From contig JBCBPV010000014.1 in assembly GCA_039820585.1 (NCBI GenBank), positions 3,811 to 67,810 on the forward strand: a stretch of DNA of 64,000 bases, read 5' to 3'. Made by a program: the position numbers and the translations under genes. The notes beneath the pieces are model-generated. The model worked only from the letters and a program-made list of their open reading frames with translations. It had not been told where the DNA came from and did not search any database. The DNA is from Pseudomonadota bacterium (lineage in GTDB: Bacteria > Pseudomonadota > Alphaproteobacteria > Rhodobacterales > Rhodobacteraceae). Below are positions 10,390-21,758 of the stretch, in pieces; positions within the stretch are counted from its first letter, which is position 1, and the number at the start of each line of letters is the position of its first letter.

Positions 10390-10805
10390 GCTCTAAACCC
10401 GCCCAACTCGCAGACAATCTGCCATTCCGCGTCCGTCACTGGCTGGACCGACAGGCGCGTGTTGTTGACGAGAACCATCTCGGCCAGCCGTGGCTCGTCC
10501 TTGCACATCGCCAGGGTCACGGGCTTGGGCATCGGTGCCACCGCCTTTATGTCCACGCAATCCCATCGCTCATCATCCGTTGTGCTGTCGGGATGGCTTT
10601 CCGCGATCACCTCGACAATGCCAACCACCGCTTTCTCCGACTGCGAGTGATAAAAGAACCCGCGATCACCGACCGCCATCGCCCGCATCATGTTGCGCGC
10701 CTGATAGTTGCGCACGCCATCCCATTCCTCACCCAAATCGCCCTTGGCCACCTGCTGATCCCAGCTCCAGGTCGACGGCTCGGATTTGAACAGCCAGTAT
10801 CTCAT
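10386..10805 (-). CDS. EVE (PUA-like) domain protein
   Basis: MRYWLFKSEPSTWSW...WDGVRNYQARNMMR...GDRGFFYHS. ATGA overlap with the yciI-like stop. Confidence 0.85.
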   Translation of the reverse strand: MRYWLFKSEPSTWSWDQQVAKGDLGEEWDGVRNYQARNMMRAMAVGDRGFFYHSQSEKAVVGIVEVIAESHPDSTTDDERWDCVDIKAVAPMPKPVTLAMCKDEPRLAEMVLVNNTRLSVQPVTDAEWQIVCELGGFRA

Positions 10806-11074
10806 CCAATCACCCTGTTCCATTCGGTCAGGGTCACGCTCTCAAACAGCCCCGCCTTGGCATAGGGGTCGCTTGCCGCCCAGGCCTCTGCCTCGGCCAT
10901 GGCGCCCACCGACAAGATCAAAAGCGACCCGCACATCTGGCCGTCTTCGTCCAGAAACGGCCCGGCCTGTTCGACCACGCCGGTTTCCTTGACATAGGCC
11001 AGGTGGGCATCACGGTTGGCTTTCCGGGTCTCTAACGCACCGGGTTTGTCACGGGCGATCAGGGCAACGCGCAT
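10802..11074 (-). CDS. YciI family protein
   Basis: 90 aa. RDAHLAYV...GPFLDEDG...SDPYAKAGLFESV is typical of YciI. Confidence 0.85.
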   Translation of the reverse strand: MRVALIARDKPGALETRKANRDAHLAYVKETGVVEQAGPFLDEDGQMCGSLLILSVGAMAEAEAWAASDPYAKAGLFESVTLTEWNRVIG

Positions 11075-11075
11075 A

Positions 11076-12023
11076 TCATTCCTCTTTCAATGGGCGCGCC
11101 AGCAGCGCGCGTTTGGCATCTTCAACGCTCAACGTCCCGGACACAACCGCCGCGACCATCCCCGTGAGCGGCATATCGATCCCGCGGTCTTTCGCCAGCC
11201 GCGCGACGGCTTTTGCCGTGGCAATCCCTTCGACAGTGCCTGGGGCAGGGGGATCGCCCGCGCCCATGGCCACCCCGGCGGTGTAATTGCGCGATTTGGA
11301 AGAGGTCGCCGTCAGCACCAGATCCCCCAGCCCCGACAACCCGGCCAGCGTTTCCGCTCGCGCGCCCTGCGCCGTGGCAAAGCGGATCATCTCGGCATAG
11401 CCACGGGTGATCACGGCGGCCCGCGCGCTTTCCGCCAAACCAGCCCCGATCGTCATGCCAGAGGCCAGAGCGATCACGTTCTTCAACGCACCGCCCAGCT
11501 CGGCCCCCGTCGTATCCGTGGTGCAATAGAGACGGAGTGTGGGCCCCGACAGCTGATCCTGCAGTGTGCGACCAACGGATCGGTCAGCACAGGCGAGCGT
11601 CAGGGCAGTCGGCAAGCCAGAAGCGATATCGTCGGCAAAACTTGGCCCGGTCAACAGCGCGGGGGTCGCGGTAGGGCAGGCGGCGGCGATCACGCCGGTG
11701 GGGCCAAGGCCTGTGCCCAGATCGACGCCCTTGCAGCAGGCGACCAGGCGTTTCCCCTCGAACTGGCCCGTCGCAGTGCCCAGGTATCCGGCAAGCCGTT
11801 GCATCGGCATCGCCAGCAGAACGACATCCCCCGCAACGGATCGCAGGTCATCTGCCACGCCAAGAACCTCGGGCAGCGCTACCCCCGGCAGATAGCGCGC
11901 ATTCTCGCGGCGCTCCGCGATCTCACCCACATCGCGCCCTACCAAAGTCACCGCCGACCCCGTGCGCGCCAGCGTGATGGCCAACGCCGTCCCGAACGCC
12001 CCGGCACCCACAACCGCAATCAT
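11076..12023 (-). CDS. gpsA: NAD(P)H-dependent glycerol-3-phosphate dehydrogenase
   Basis: [15 protein letters not shown] Rossmann motif and [12 protein letters not shown]. Overlaps the tsaD stop. Confidence 0.9.
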   Translation of the reverse strand: MIAVVGAGAFGTALAITLARTGSAVTLVGRDVGEIAERRENARYLPGVALPEVLGVADDLRSVAGDVVLLAMPMQRLAGYLGTATGQFEGKRLVACCKGVDLGTGLGPTGVIAAACPTATPALLTGPSFADDIASGLPTALTLACADRSVGRTLQDQLSGPTLRLYCTTDTTGAELGGALKNVIALASGMTIGAGLAESARAAVITRGYAEMIRFATAQGARAETLAGLSGLGDLVLTATSSKSRNYTAGVAMGAGDPPAPGTVEGIATAKAVARLAKDRGIDMPLTGMVAAVVSGTLSVEDAKRALLARPLKEE

Positions 12024-13114
12024 GCCTTGGCGCCCTTCTTGCCATTGCCAAGCATCGGGGCCTGCGTCGTATCCAGCGGCCAGCGGGGGCGCGCCGACAG
12101 GGTCAGGTCATCAACATGCCCCAGCGCCGCAAGCTCCAGCCCCACATAGGCGATCATCGCCGCATTATCCGTGCAAAGCGCCAGCGGCGGCGCGGTATAG
12201 GGAAGACTATATTCGCCAGAAACTGTCTCTAGTGCTGCCCGAATGGATTGGTTCGCCGCCACACCACCCGCCACGGCAAAGGCCCCACCATCCGGGTGCC
12301 GCGCGCGGAACGCGGCCAACGCGCGGCGCGATTTTTCCGCCAAAACGTCCCGCACCGCTGCCTGAAAGCCGGCGCTCAGATCGGCCTGGTCCTGCGGGGT
12401 CAGTCCACCGCCCGAGGCCACCACCCCATCGCGCGCCCGCAACAGCGCGGTCTTCAGGCCAGAGAACGACATATCGCACCCCGGCCGGTCCAAGAGTGGG
12501 CGGGGAAAGACAAACCGCAGGGGATCACCCGATTTCGCCGCCGCCTCTACCGCTGGCCCGCCCGGTTGTCCTAAACCGATCAATCGCGCGGTTTTGTCAA
12601 ACGCCTCACCCGGCGCGTCGTCGATGGTACCGCCGATCCGGGTAAACCGATCCGCACCCTCGACGATCAGGAACTGACAATGCCCGCCCGACACCAGTAG
12701 CATCAGGTAGGGGTAGGGCAAGCCATCGGTCAGCCGCGGGGTCAGCGCATGCCCCGCCAGGTGGTTGACCCCAATCAGCGGCAGGCCACGTGCCGCCGCG
12801 ATCCCCTTGGCACACATCACCCCGGACACGACCCCACCGATCAGCCCGGGTCCGGCGGTAACGGCGACTGCATCAATGTCCGACAGAGCCATGTCTGCCT
12901 GTGTTAGAGCCTGCTCAACGGCCAGATCGATCCGCTCTGCATGCGCGCGCGCGGCAATCTCGGGCACGACCCCGCCGAACGCCGCGTGCAGATCGCCCTG
13001 GCCAAAGACTACCGAAGACAGGATGCGCGCCGCCCCGACAGGCCCGCGCACGACGGCGGCCGCGGTATCATCACAGCTGCTTTCCAGCCCAAGGATGGTG
13101 ATCGGATCGGTCAT
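12020..13114 (-). CDS. tsaD: tRNA N6-adenosine threonylcarbamoyltransferase
   Basis: [30 protein letters not shown]. Start is either the ATG at 13114 or the GTG at 13120. Confidence 0.92.
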   Translation of the reverse strand: MTDPITILGLESSCDDTAAAVVRGPVGAARILSSVVFGQGDLHAAFGGVVPEIAARAHAERIDLAVEQALTQADMALSDIDAVAVTAGPGLIGGVVSGVMCAKGIAAARGLPLIGVNHLAGHALTPRLTDGLPYPYLMLLVSGGHCQFLIVEGADRFTRIGGTIDDAPGEAFDKTARLIGLGQPGGPAVEAAAKSGDPLRFVFPRPLLDRPGCDMSFSGLKTALLRARDGVVASGGGLTPQDQADLSAGFQAAVRDVLAEKSRRALAAFRARHPDGGAFAVAGGVAANQSIRAALETVSGEYSLPYTAPPLALCTDNAAMIAYVGLELAALGHVDDLTLSARPRWPLDTTQAPMLGNGKKGAKA

Positions 13115-13187
13115 CGACACGTCGGTTGCGCGGCCACAGGGCGGCAGGTATCACCGGCCGACCTGCCAGACAACCGTGCGAGCGCTG

Positions 13188-13898
13188 ATGCCGTCCCCCG
13201 ATCCAACCTTGCTGCTGACCCGCCCCCATGCGGCGTCCGAGCGGTTTCGCGCGCTGTGCGAAGGGCGGCTGGGCCGAGCGATCCCCTGCCTGATCGCCCC
13301 GGTGGTTGCGATTGAGCCGACCGGCGCACCGACCGGATCGGCGGGGTATGCGGGCGTCATCTTCACCTCGGGCCACGCGGTCGAGATCGCGGGGCAGGGG
13401 GCCGGGCAGGCCGCCTATTGCGTCGGCACCCGCACCGCAGAACTGGCCAGTGCCGCAGGCTTCGCCGCGCAGTCGGCGGATGGGGATGCAGCTGACCTGA
13501 TCGCGATGATCGTGGGGCAGGGCGCCAAGGGCCCGCTGTTGCACCTGCGCGGCGCAGAAACCCGTGGCGGCGTGGCCGAGGGTCTGACCAAGCAGGGCAT
13601 CCAAACCGATGAACGCGTCATCTATCGCCAGACCATGGCACCGATCCCGCCCGAGGTCTGGCGGCCCCTCGCGCCCGGGTCAGAGGTGATTGCCCCGGTT
13701 TTTTCCCCTTTCAGCGCGACGGCCCTGTCGCGCACGCTGCCAAAGGGGATGTTCGATCTGTCCGTTGTCGCGATCAGCGATGCGGCGGCCCAGGCGGCCC
13801 CAAAACCTGTGCGGGCGGTGCATATTGTGCCTCATCCCAATGCAGCGGCAATGGCTGAACAAGTTGCCGCGCTTTACCGGGCCCGCACTGCTTGTTGA
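13188..13898 (+). CDS. hemD: Uroporphyrinogen-III synthase (HemD family)
   Basis: MPSPDPTLLLTRP...VIFTSGHAVE...APVFSPFSA. Synteny with the Mic60-like and HemY-like genes. The 5' part of the track ORF (12765) is antisense to tsaD and is rejected. Confidence 0.75.
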   Translation: MPSPDPTLLLTRPHAASERFRALCEGRLGRAIPCLIAPVVAIEPTGAPTGSAGYAGVIFTSGHAVEIAGQGAGQAAYCVGTRTAELASAAGFAAQSADGDAADLIAMIVGQGAKGPLLHLRGAETRGGVAEGLTKQGIQTDERVIYRQTMAPIPPEVWRPLAPGSEVIAPVFSPFSATALSRTLPKGMFDLSVVAISDAAAQAAPKPVRAVHIVPHPNAAAMAEQVAALYRARTAC

Positions 13899-13952
13899 CC
13901 TGAGGGGCGCAGGCTAAGCTGCGCCCGCTCGCCTATTGGTCTGTCTGCTGGA

Positions 13953-15383
<1,431 letters not shown>

Positions 15384-15393
15384 GGGCTGCGCC

Positions 15394-16977
15394 ATGCTTT
15401 GGTCACTTGTGAAGATCATCCTGTTTATCGGTATCATCGCCGGCCTGACCTACGGGGCCGGGTACCTGATGGATACCGGCGGCGGCGTCCGCGTCGCGGT
15501 GGGAACGCTGGAATTCAACCTTGGCCCCCTTCAGGCGGTGATCGCAGCGCTGGTGATCCTGTTCGCCTTCTGGCTGATCCTGAAGATCGCCGGCTTCGGC
15601 GTGGCCATCCTGCGCTTTCTCAACGGCGACGAAACCGCGATCTCGCGCTGGTTCGACCGCAACCGTGAACGCCGCGGCTTCGAAGCACTGGCAGATGGTC
15701 TCATGGCGCTCGCCTCGGGCGAAGGGCGCACTGCGATGTCAAAGGCCGCGCGGGCGGAACGCTATCTCAAGCGGCCAGAGCTGACCAACCTGATCACCGC
15801 CCAAGCCGCCGAGATGGCGGGCGACACCAAGAAGGCGCAAGAGGTCTACAAGACGCTTCTGCAAGATGACCGCACCAAGTTCGTGGGCGTGCGCGGGATC
15901 ATGAAGCAAAAGCTCGCCGAAGGGCAAACCGACACCGCGATGAAGCTGGCGGAAAAGGCCTTTGCCTTGAAGCCGCGCCATGAGGAAACCCAAGATGTTC
16001 TTCTGCGTTTGCAGGCCGACAAGGGCGACTGGGGCGGGGCGCGCAAAACGCTGAACGCCAAGTTGAAATACGGCGCGCTGCCCCGCAACGTCCACCGCCG
16101 CCGCGATGCGGTGCTGGCGCTGGGCGAAGCGGGCGACATCATCGCCGAAGACGCCACCATCGAGGCCCGCGAAGCCGCGATTGAGGCCAACCGCCTGTCC
16201 CCCGATCTGGTGCCCGCCGCGGCCATGGCGGCGCACAGCTATATCGAACAGCGCAAACAGCGCTACGCAACGCGCGTCATCAAAAAGGCCTGGGCCGCCG
16301 CCCCCCATCCCGATCTGGCCGCCGCCTTCGCCGCGATAGAGCCTGATGAGACGCCCGAAGCCCGCATCAAACGGTTCCAGGTGCTGACGAAACAGCACCC
16401 GGGCCATGCCGAGACCAAGATGTTGAAGGCCGAACTGTTCATCGCGGCCAAGAAATACGGCGATGCGCGCACCGCAATGGGCACCCTGGCCGAAGACGAT
16501 CCCACCGCCCGCTCGCTGACGATCATGGCCGCAATCGAACGCGGCGAGGCCGCACCCGATAGCACGGTCAAGGCGTTTCTTGCCCGCGCCGTCCACGCCT
16601 CACGCGGGCCACAGTGGGTGTGCGACAGTTGCCAGAACATCCCCGGCGCCTGGGCACCGGTCTGCGCCAATTGCGGTGCGTTCGACTCGCTGACCTGGCG
16701 GGTCCCGACCGCTGGCACAGATGGCGGCATGGGCTCTGCCATGTTGCCCCTGATCGTCGGCTCGACGGAAGAGTCTGCGGTGGACGAAGTGCCTGATGCC
16801 GCCGTGGCAGAGGCAGAGGCCGTTGAAACCACGCCCGAGCCTGTGGAAGTCGCCGATGTCGAAATCCTCGATCCTGCCGATGGCAAGGGTGCTGCACATG
16901 TGAACGGATCGGGCGCAACGGTCGACATCCCCCCGCAGAACGGGGCGGACAAACCCGCAGGCGAGGCTCGAAAATAG
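15394..16977 (+). CDS. HemY N-terminal domain / TPR protein
   Basis: Two N-terminal TM helices, TPR-like helical repeats and a C-terminal Cys cluster (WVCDSCQNIPGAWAPVCANCG). Conserved position after hemD and the Mic60-like gene. Confidence 0.8.
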   Translation: MLWSLVKIILFIGIIAGLTYGAGYLMDTGGGVRVAVGTLEFNLGPLQAVIAALVILFAFWLILKIAGFGVAILRFLNGDETAISRWFDRNRERRGFEALADGLMALASGEGRTAMSKAARAERYLKRPELTNLITAQAAEMAGDTKKAQEVYKTLLQDDRTKFVGVRGIMKQKLAEGQTDTAMKLAEKAFALKPRHEETQDVLLRLQADKGDWGGARKTLNAKLKYGALPRNVHRRRDAVLALGEAGDIIAEDATIEAREAAIEANRLSPDLVPAAAMAAHSYIEQRKQRYATRVIKKAWAAAPHPDLAAAFAAIEPDETPEARIKRFQVLTKQHPGHAETKMLKAELFIAAKKYGDARTAMGTLAEDDPTARSLTIMAAIERGEAAPDSTVKAFLARAVHASRGPQWVCDSCQNIPGAWAPVCANCGAFDSLTWRVPTAGTDGGMGSAMLPLIVGSTEESAVDEVPDAAVAEAEAVETTPEPVEVADVEILDPADGKGAAHVNGSGATVDIPPQNGADKPAGEARK

Positions 16978-17142
16978 GGCTACCCCTTCGCGTCAAAGGC
17001 TGCTACCACGCCGCCCGGCGCCGCTGTGGCTCGGATGGGAGAGCACGTCATTCGCGATTGCGGGTCCCCGCGCGAATGACTTGCGAAACCAAAGGGTTCG
17101 CGGCAAAGACATAGAACAAGTAGGGCCTTGGCAGGTCTGAAA

Positions 17143-17218
17143 GCCTCAATAGCTCAGCTGGTAGAGCAGGTCCTTCGTAAGGACAAGGTCGGGGGTTCGA
17201 GTCCCTCTTGAGGCACCA
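17143..17218 (+). tRNA. tRNA-Thr (anticodon CGU)
   Basis: Manual cloverleaf: acceptor GCCTCAA/TTGAGGC, D arm GCTC-AGCTGGTA-GAGC, anticodon loop TTCGTAA, T arm GGGGG-TTCGAGT-CCCTC, encoded CCA. Confidence 0.93.
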
Positions 17219-17231
17219 GTTCTACTGATAC

Positions 17232-18170
17232 GTGTCTTCTTTTAGACCGCTCCATCGCCGGCAGGCGGCTGAGAACAGGACCACACGACAAGTCGCCGAC
17301 CTGAAAGTTATCCAACACGAAGTCTCAGCCACTGCAAAAGCCGGCGACGCGAAGACCGCCGGCCTGTTGAACCACGACTCTCACGAAAAGATCGGAGACA
17401 TGGCGCAGAACCCGTATCGATTTGCGGGGCTGAACCGCATCCGTGGGGTGGCAGCCGGGATCACCTCGAACCGCGTACAACTCTTCGAACTGACCTGAAC
17501 AGAAGACTGGCAGGTTGAAACCCAACACGGAAGCATGTCGACCCCGCGGGGGATCTTGGCCGTGAACGGACATCTCAACAGTTTCGGCTTCAAGCCCAAT
17601 CGAGCGATGCAGGTCTTCACCTATGGGTCCATGACCCGCAACCTAACCAGGGATGAAGCGGTGGCCTTGGGGGGCCGCGACCAACGGGGGATCACGCCTG
17701 CCGATCCCATGGGAACAACCGTTCGGCGCATCACAAACAGCGATGACACCCGCATCGTTATGCGCAACACGTTCACCTTTGACCCGTCAATGGAGGTCAG
17801 CGATGCCCGTATCACCGCCGTCGCGCGCGACCATGAAAAGGCCTTTGGCGCGCGTTTTCCTATGCTTGCCAAAGTTGATATGCAATACAGGTAGGATTGT
17901 CGGCTCTATCTGAGCCGCAATAGCGTGAATGTCGTGCAAGGACTGGAGCCGGGTTTGTACGCGGCGTGCAGCCGGAACGGCTTGGGAACTGTGCGCGGGA
18001 CGCTATCGGGGATGTTGGTGGCAAAATTGGCAACGAATACGGCATTTGAACGGCTGGACCGGGCATCCGCCATGCCTGAACCAGATGAATTACCACCAAG
18101 TATAATTACGAGCGTAGGCGCAAATGCCTTTCTGAAATGGCAAGAGCTGAAAGCAGGCACAGAACTGTAG
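17232..18170 (+). pseudogene. FAD-dependent oxidoreductase (DAO / PuuB-like) pseudogene: 5'-truncated with two in-frame stops
   Basis: Track ORFs 17232-17498, 17535-17894 and 17925-18170 are all in one frame. They are interrupted only by TGA (17496) and TAG (17892). The TAG sits where PuuB-like enzymes have YRW(T)G (here MQYR*). The C-terminal part PGLYAACSRNGLGTVRGTLSGMLVAKLA is typical. The N-terminal GxGxxG region is absent and the frame closes 14 nt after the tRNA. Confidence 0.7.
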
Positions 18171-18197
18171 GCCTTGCGGGACAATAGGGAGAACACA

Positions 18198-20042
18198 ATG
18201 TCCATCAAACCCCCCTTCACGAATGTGGAGATCAACACGCAAGATGACGGGTTCTATAAAGACAATAGTCTACCCATCGCTCTCATCTCAAAAGGAGTGA
18301 TGGTCGCACTTGTCCTTTGGGCGCTTATTTTTCCAGCCAATGCCAACAGCACGCTAGGCTCCTGGAACTTCAGTCTTCTTGAGATCTTCAACCAATTCTA
18401 CATTTGGATCGTTGGTTTCTTCGCCATCTTTTTGTTCATCATCGCCGTATTGCCCAAGACAGGATCGCGGGTGATGGGCGTGCCGGGTGAAAAGCCCGAG
18501 TTTTCCAATTTTTCGTGGTTCTCGATGATGTTCGGCGCGGGTCTTGGTGTCGGGCTGATGGTCTTTGCGACGGCGGAACCCCTGGGCCTTTGGGGATCAA
18601 ACCCTGTTGTTGTTGCGGGGACTGTTGAAGGCAACAGCGAAGAGGCGTTGCAATCGGCATGGCGCTACACCTTTGCCCACTACGGCTTCCATGCATGGGC
18701 GATTTATGTCGTGACTGGTCTGTCGCTGGCCTATTACGCCTACACGCGCGATATGCCACTGACCATCCGGTCGGCGCTGACACCGCTTTTTGGTCGCTTG
18801 ATGAATGGCATTTTTGGTCACATCGTTGACGTCTTGGGCGTGGTTGCAACGATCCTCGGTGTTTCTGTCACGATCGGTTTTGGCGTGAGCCAGTTCATCG
18901 ATGGTCTTTATGCGATTACCGGCATGGAGTGGATGATGACTTCGGGCGCCGAAGGCGAAGCTCCCGCACCGGGCAAGGTGGGTCTGGTTGCAGGTCTTGT
19001 CGTCATCATGGGGCTGTCGATTATCTCGGCGGTGTCCGGGGTTGGTCGCGGGGTCAAATACCTCTCGAACCTCAACCTCGTCCTGTCCTTGGTCCTGCTG
19101 TTGACGTTCGTGATCTTTGGGTCCTTCGTCTTCGCGATGTCCAGCTACGGCATGGCGTTCATCGACTACGTGCTCCACTTCATGCAACTGGGCTTCGGGG
19201 CTTGGGGACCGCAGGATGCAGCCTCATTTGCAGCCGCTTTGCCTCAGGACGCTCAGCCGCTTGCGGATGATCTGATGGGCGGTGCAACGAATGCATGGGG
19301 CAGCTATGACGGGTTCGTATCGGGCCTCGAAGGCGAAGCCGCAGCTCTGCCACCCGAGACCCTTGCGGCTGTCTATGAAGCCGGAAACCAGGGTCGGCAG
19401 TTCGGCTGGCAAGCCGGTTGGACCACGTTCTACTGGGCCTGGTGGATCGCGTTCTCGCCCTTCGTTGGCCTGTTCCTTGCGCGCATCTCCAAAGGTCGGA
19501 CAGTGCGTGAGTTCATCCTTGGCTGCGTCATTGCCCCCGCACTTGTGTGCTTTGCATGGATGACAATCCTCGGCGGTACGGCGATTGATCTTGAGCTGAC
19601 GGGCGGCGCTGATGGTGCCATCATCGGAGCGTCCAATACCGCAAAGCTCTTTGTGACGCTTGGCCAGATGATTGACGGCAGCTTGCTGACCGGCATCACC
19701 ATCATGTGCGTCGTGCTCATCATGACGTTTCTGGTGACGTCCGCCGACTCGGGGATCCTTGTGATGAACACCATCATGTCTGGTGGTGATCAGGAAGTTG
19801 GCAACAAGCACAAAATCATCTGGGGTGTGATCCTCACGGCTGTGATCGGCACGCTGATCCTGGCCGCCGGTGAAAACAATCCGCTGGATGCTTTGCGCAA
19901 TGCGATGATCATCGGGGCACTTCCGTTCACCATGGTGATGGGTCTTATGTGCGTGGCTCTGACAAAGGCGCTCTGGCGCGACGGAAAGCGTGAAAAAGCG
20001 GGTACGCTAAAGGTACCGACCAGCGCATCCCCCGCTGAATAG
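18198..20042 (+). CDS. BCCT family (betaine/carnitine/choline-type) transporter
   Basis: About 12 TM helices with a Trp-rich signature region GWTTFYWAWWIAFSPFVGLFLARISKGRTVREF. GGGAGA SD before the ATG at 18198. One hand-counted 60-nt block has 53% GC. Confidence 0.9.
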   Translation: MSIKPPFTNVEINTQDDGFYKDNSLPIALISKGVMVALVLWALIFPANANSTLGSWNFSLLEIFNQFYIWIVGFFAIFLFIIAVLPKTGSRVMGVPGEKPEFSNFSWFSMMFGAGLGVGLMVFATAEPLGLWGSNPVVVAGTVEGNSEEALQSAWRYTFAHYGFHAWAIYVVTGLSLAYYAYTRDMPLTIRSALTPLFGRLMNGIFGHIVDVLGVVATILGVSVTIGFGVSQFIDGLYAITGMEWMMTSGAEGEAPAPGKVGLVAGLVVIMGLSIISAVSGVGRGVKYLSNLNLVLSLVLLLTFVIFGSFVFAMSSYGMAFIDYVLHFMQLGFGAWGPQDAASFAAALPQDAQPLADDLMGGATNAWGSYDGFVSGLEGEAAALPPETLAAVYEAGNQGRQFGWQAGWTTFYWAWWIAFSPFVGLFLARISKGRTVREFILGCVIAPALVCFAWMTILGGTAIDLELTGGADGAIIGASNTAKLFVTLGQMIDGSLLTGITIMCVVLIMTFLVTSADSGILVMNTIMSGGDQEVGNKHKIIWGVILTAVIGTLILAAGENNPLDALRNAMIIGALPFTMVMGLMCVALTKALWRDGKREKAGTLKVPTSASPAE

Positions 20043-20056
20043 CGTTTGAAAAAATC

Positions 20057-20086
20057 GGTTTGCCGCGAAGGCTGTCGCGGCAAACC
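20057..20086 (+). terminator. Strong hairpin terminator after the BCCT gene
   Basis: GGTTTGCCGCGA-aggctg-TCGCGGCAAACC, a perfect 12-bp stem followed by gtcTTTcggTT. Confidence 0.7.
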
Positions 20087-20345
20087 GTCTTTCGGTTCAA
20101 AGATCCCAGAGACTCAGGCAACGTAGCCAGCGCGTGCGTCTTGGTGATGGATTACATCAGGTGCCTCTTTCTGAGCGCGCGTGCGGACCATCCTGACAGC
20201 CGGGCCATCGCTGGATCAGATTTCCGCTGCGCGAACAGCGCCCCCTTCCGCGCAGACCACGGGCCCGCGCTTTTCCGGTTGGGCACCGCGCCAACCAAGG
20301 GTATCTCAGGGGCAACGCCCCGCCCCCAAAAAAAAGGAGCCGCCC

Positions 20346-20900
20346 ATGGCCGCCACACCCCCCGTCTGCGACGTCGACTGGCCCGCCCCGCAATTCACGC
20401 TGCCCGCCACCGATGGCAAAACCTACCGCTTCCACGACATCGCCGGGCCAAACGGCACGCTTGTGATGTTCATCTGCAATCACTGCCCCTACGTTCTGGC
20501 CGTGCTCGACCGGATCATCCGCGACGCAAACGATCTGGCCGCCCTCGGGGTCGGCACGGCGGCGATCTGTTCCAACGACCCCGTCGCCTATCCCGCCGAC
20601 AATTTCGACAACATGGTCCGGATGGCTGCGGACAAGGGCTTTCCCTTTCCCTACCTGCACGACGCCGACCAATCGGTGGCCCGCGCCTATGATGCCGCCT
20701 GCACCCCCGATTTCTTCGGTTTCAACGCGAAGGGCGGGCTGCAATATCGTGGGCGGCTCGATGCCTCGGGCGCGCGCCCCGGCCCCGCCGATGCCCGCCG
20801 CGACCTGTTTGAAGCGATGAAACAGGTGGCCGAGACCGGGCGCGGCCCGGCGGATCAGATCGCCTCCATGGGCTGTTCGATCAAATGGGCAGCGGCCTGA
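20346..20900 (+). CDS. Thioredoxin-fold protein (AhpC/TSA-like thiol-disulfide oxidoreductase)
   Basis: LVMFICNHCPYV (CxxC). AAGGAG SD before the ATG at 20346. Confidence 0.85.
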   Translation: MAATPPVCDVDWPAPQFTLPATDGKTYRFHDIAGPNGTLVMFICNHCPYVLAVLDRIIRDANDLAALGVGTAAICSNDPVAYPADNFDNMVRMAADKGFPFPYLHDADQSVARAYDAACTPDFFGFNAKGGLQYRGRLDASGARPGPADARRDLFEAMKQVAETGRGPADQIASMGCSIKWAAA

Positions 20901-21572
20901 ATGGCGCGGATCGTCTTCGATCTGGATGGCACGCTGATCGACAGCGCGCGCGACATCCACGCGCTCGCCAATCGCGTGCTGATGGCCGAGGGGGCGGCCC
21001 CGATCACCCTGGACCAAACGCGCCAGTTCGTCGGCAACGGCGCGCCCACCTTCGTCGCCCGCATGCGCGCCGCCCGCAACCTGCCAGAGGATACTCACGA
21101 CCGCCTGCTGGCCGCCTTCCTTGCGGGCTACAGCAACGCCGTCGATGAAACAGAAGTGTTTCCCGGCGTCGAAGACGCGCTGGATGCCTTGATCGCGGCG
21201 GGCCATCGCCTTGCAATCTGCACCAACAAACCGCTGGCCCCCGCCCAGGCGGTCCTCACCCACACCGGTCTCGCACGGTTTTTCGAGACGGTGATCGGCG
21301 GCGACAGCCTGGCCCAGGTCAAACCCGACCCCGCACCCCTGATCGCAGGCTTCGCAGCGCTGGGGACAGGCCCCCAAGTCTACGTGGGCGACAGCGACGT
21401 AGATGCGGAAACGGCCCAGCGCGCAGAGGTGCCATTCCTTCTATACGCCCACGGCTACGCCCGGGTCGCGCTCGACGCGCTGCCCAGGGCGGGGGTGTTC
21501 GACACATTCGCCGACCTGCCCGCCCTGGTGGACGCAATCTTGGCGCAAACGGCACAACCAGTTTCGCAGTGA
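20901..21572 (+). CDS. gph: Phosphoglycolate phosphatase (HAD superfamily)
   Basis: IVFDLDGTLIDS, ICTNKP and VGDSDVD HAD motifs. Confidence 0.85.
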   Translation: MARIVFDLDGTLIDSARDIHALANRVLMAEGAAPITLDQTRQFVGNGAPTFVARMRAARNLPEDTHDRLLAAFLAGYSNAVDETEVFPGVEDALDALIAAGHRLAICTNKPLAPAQAVLTHTGLARFFETVIGGDSLAQVKPDPAPLIAGFAALGTGPQVYVGDSDVDAETAQRAEVPFLLYAHGYARVALDALPRAGVFDTFADLPALVDAILAQTAQPVSQ

Positions 21573-21575
21573 TAG

Positions 21576-21651
21576 TGGTGAGCCGTGCAGGGATCGAACC
21601 TGCGACCCACTGATTAAAAGTCAGTTGCTCTACCAACTGAGCTAACGGCCC
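21576..21651 (-). tRNA. tRNA-Lys (anticodon UUU)
   Basis: Reverse complement GGGCCGTTAGCTCAGTTGGTAGAGCAACTGACTTTTAATCAGTGGGTCGCAGGTTCGATCCCTGCACGGCTCACCA folds as a canonical cloverleaf with loop CTTTTAA. Confidence 0.93.
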
Positions 21652-21662
21652 ACTAGGCGGCC

Positions 21663-21691
21663 TAGGTAGCGTCGGGCCGGAAATGCGTCAA
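21663..21691 (-). promoter_or_regulatory. Putative sigma70-type promoter of tRNA-Lys
   Basis: On the minus strand: TTGACG, 17-nt spacer, TACCTA, ending 11 nt before the mature tRNA 5' end. Confidence 0.4.
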
Positions 21692-21758
21692 GGGCGAATC
21701 CGGCGCCTGCGCATCCTCCGGGTTTCAAATGCGAAACCTGCGCGCTATACGCCCCGCG

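Noticed and set aside
13905-13926. Hairpin GGGCGCAG-gctaag-CTGCGCCC after hemD as a terminator
   Set aside because: No U-tail follows, and the next gene (Mic60-like) starts 27 nt later in the same orientation and is probably co-transcribed. It is likely just an mRNA structural element.
17047-17106. Two consecutive hairpins (GTCATTCGCG-N14-CGCGAATGAC, then TTGCGAAACC-aaag-GGTTCGCGG) between hemY and tRNA-Thr as a possible structured RNA
   Set aside because: They are most simply read as the terminator region of the HemY-like gene. No U-tract or known motif is present, and there is too little evidence for a separate feature. Noted in case conservation analysis says otherwise.
17496-17498. In-frame TGA as selenocysteine or programmed read-through
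   Set aside because: No SECIS-like hairpin follows. A second stop (TAG) occurs later, and the gene lacks its FAD-binding N-terminus. Pseudogene is the economical explanation.
20040-20200. att-like direct repeat of the tRNA-Thr 3' end marking the far edge of an island
   Set aside because: Only an 8-nt match (GAGGCACC) was found, and it is in inverted orientation. That is too short and wrongly oriented to call an att site.
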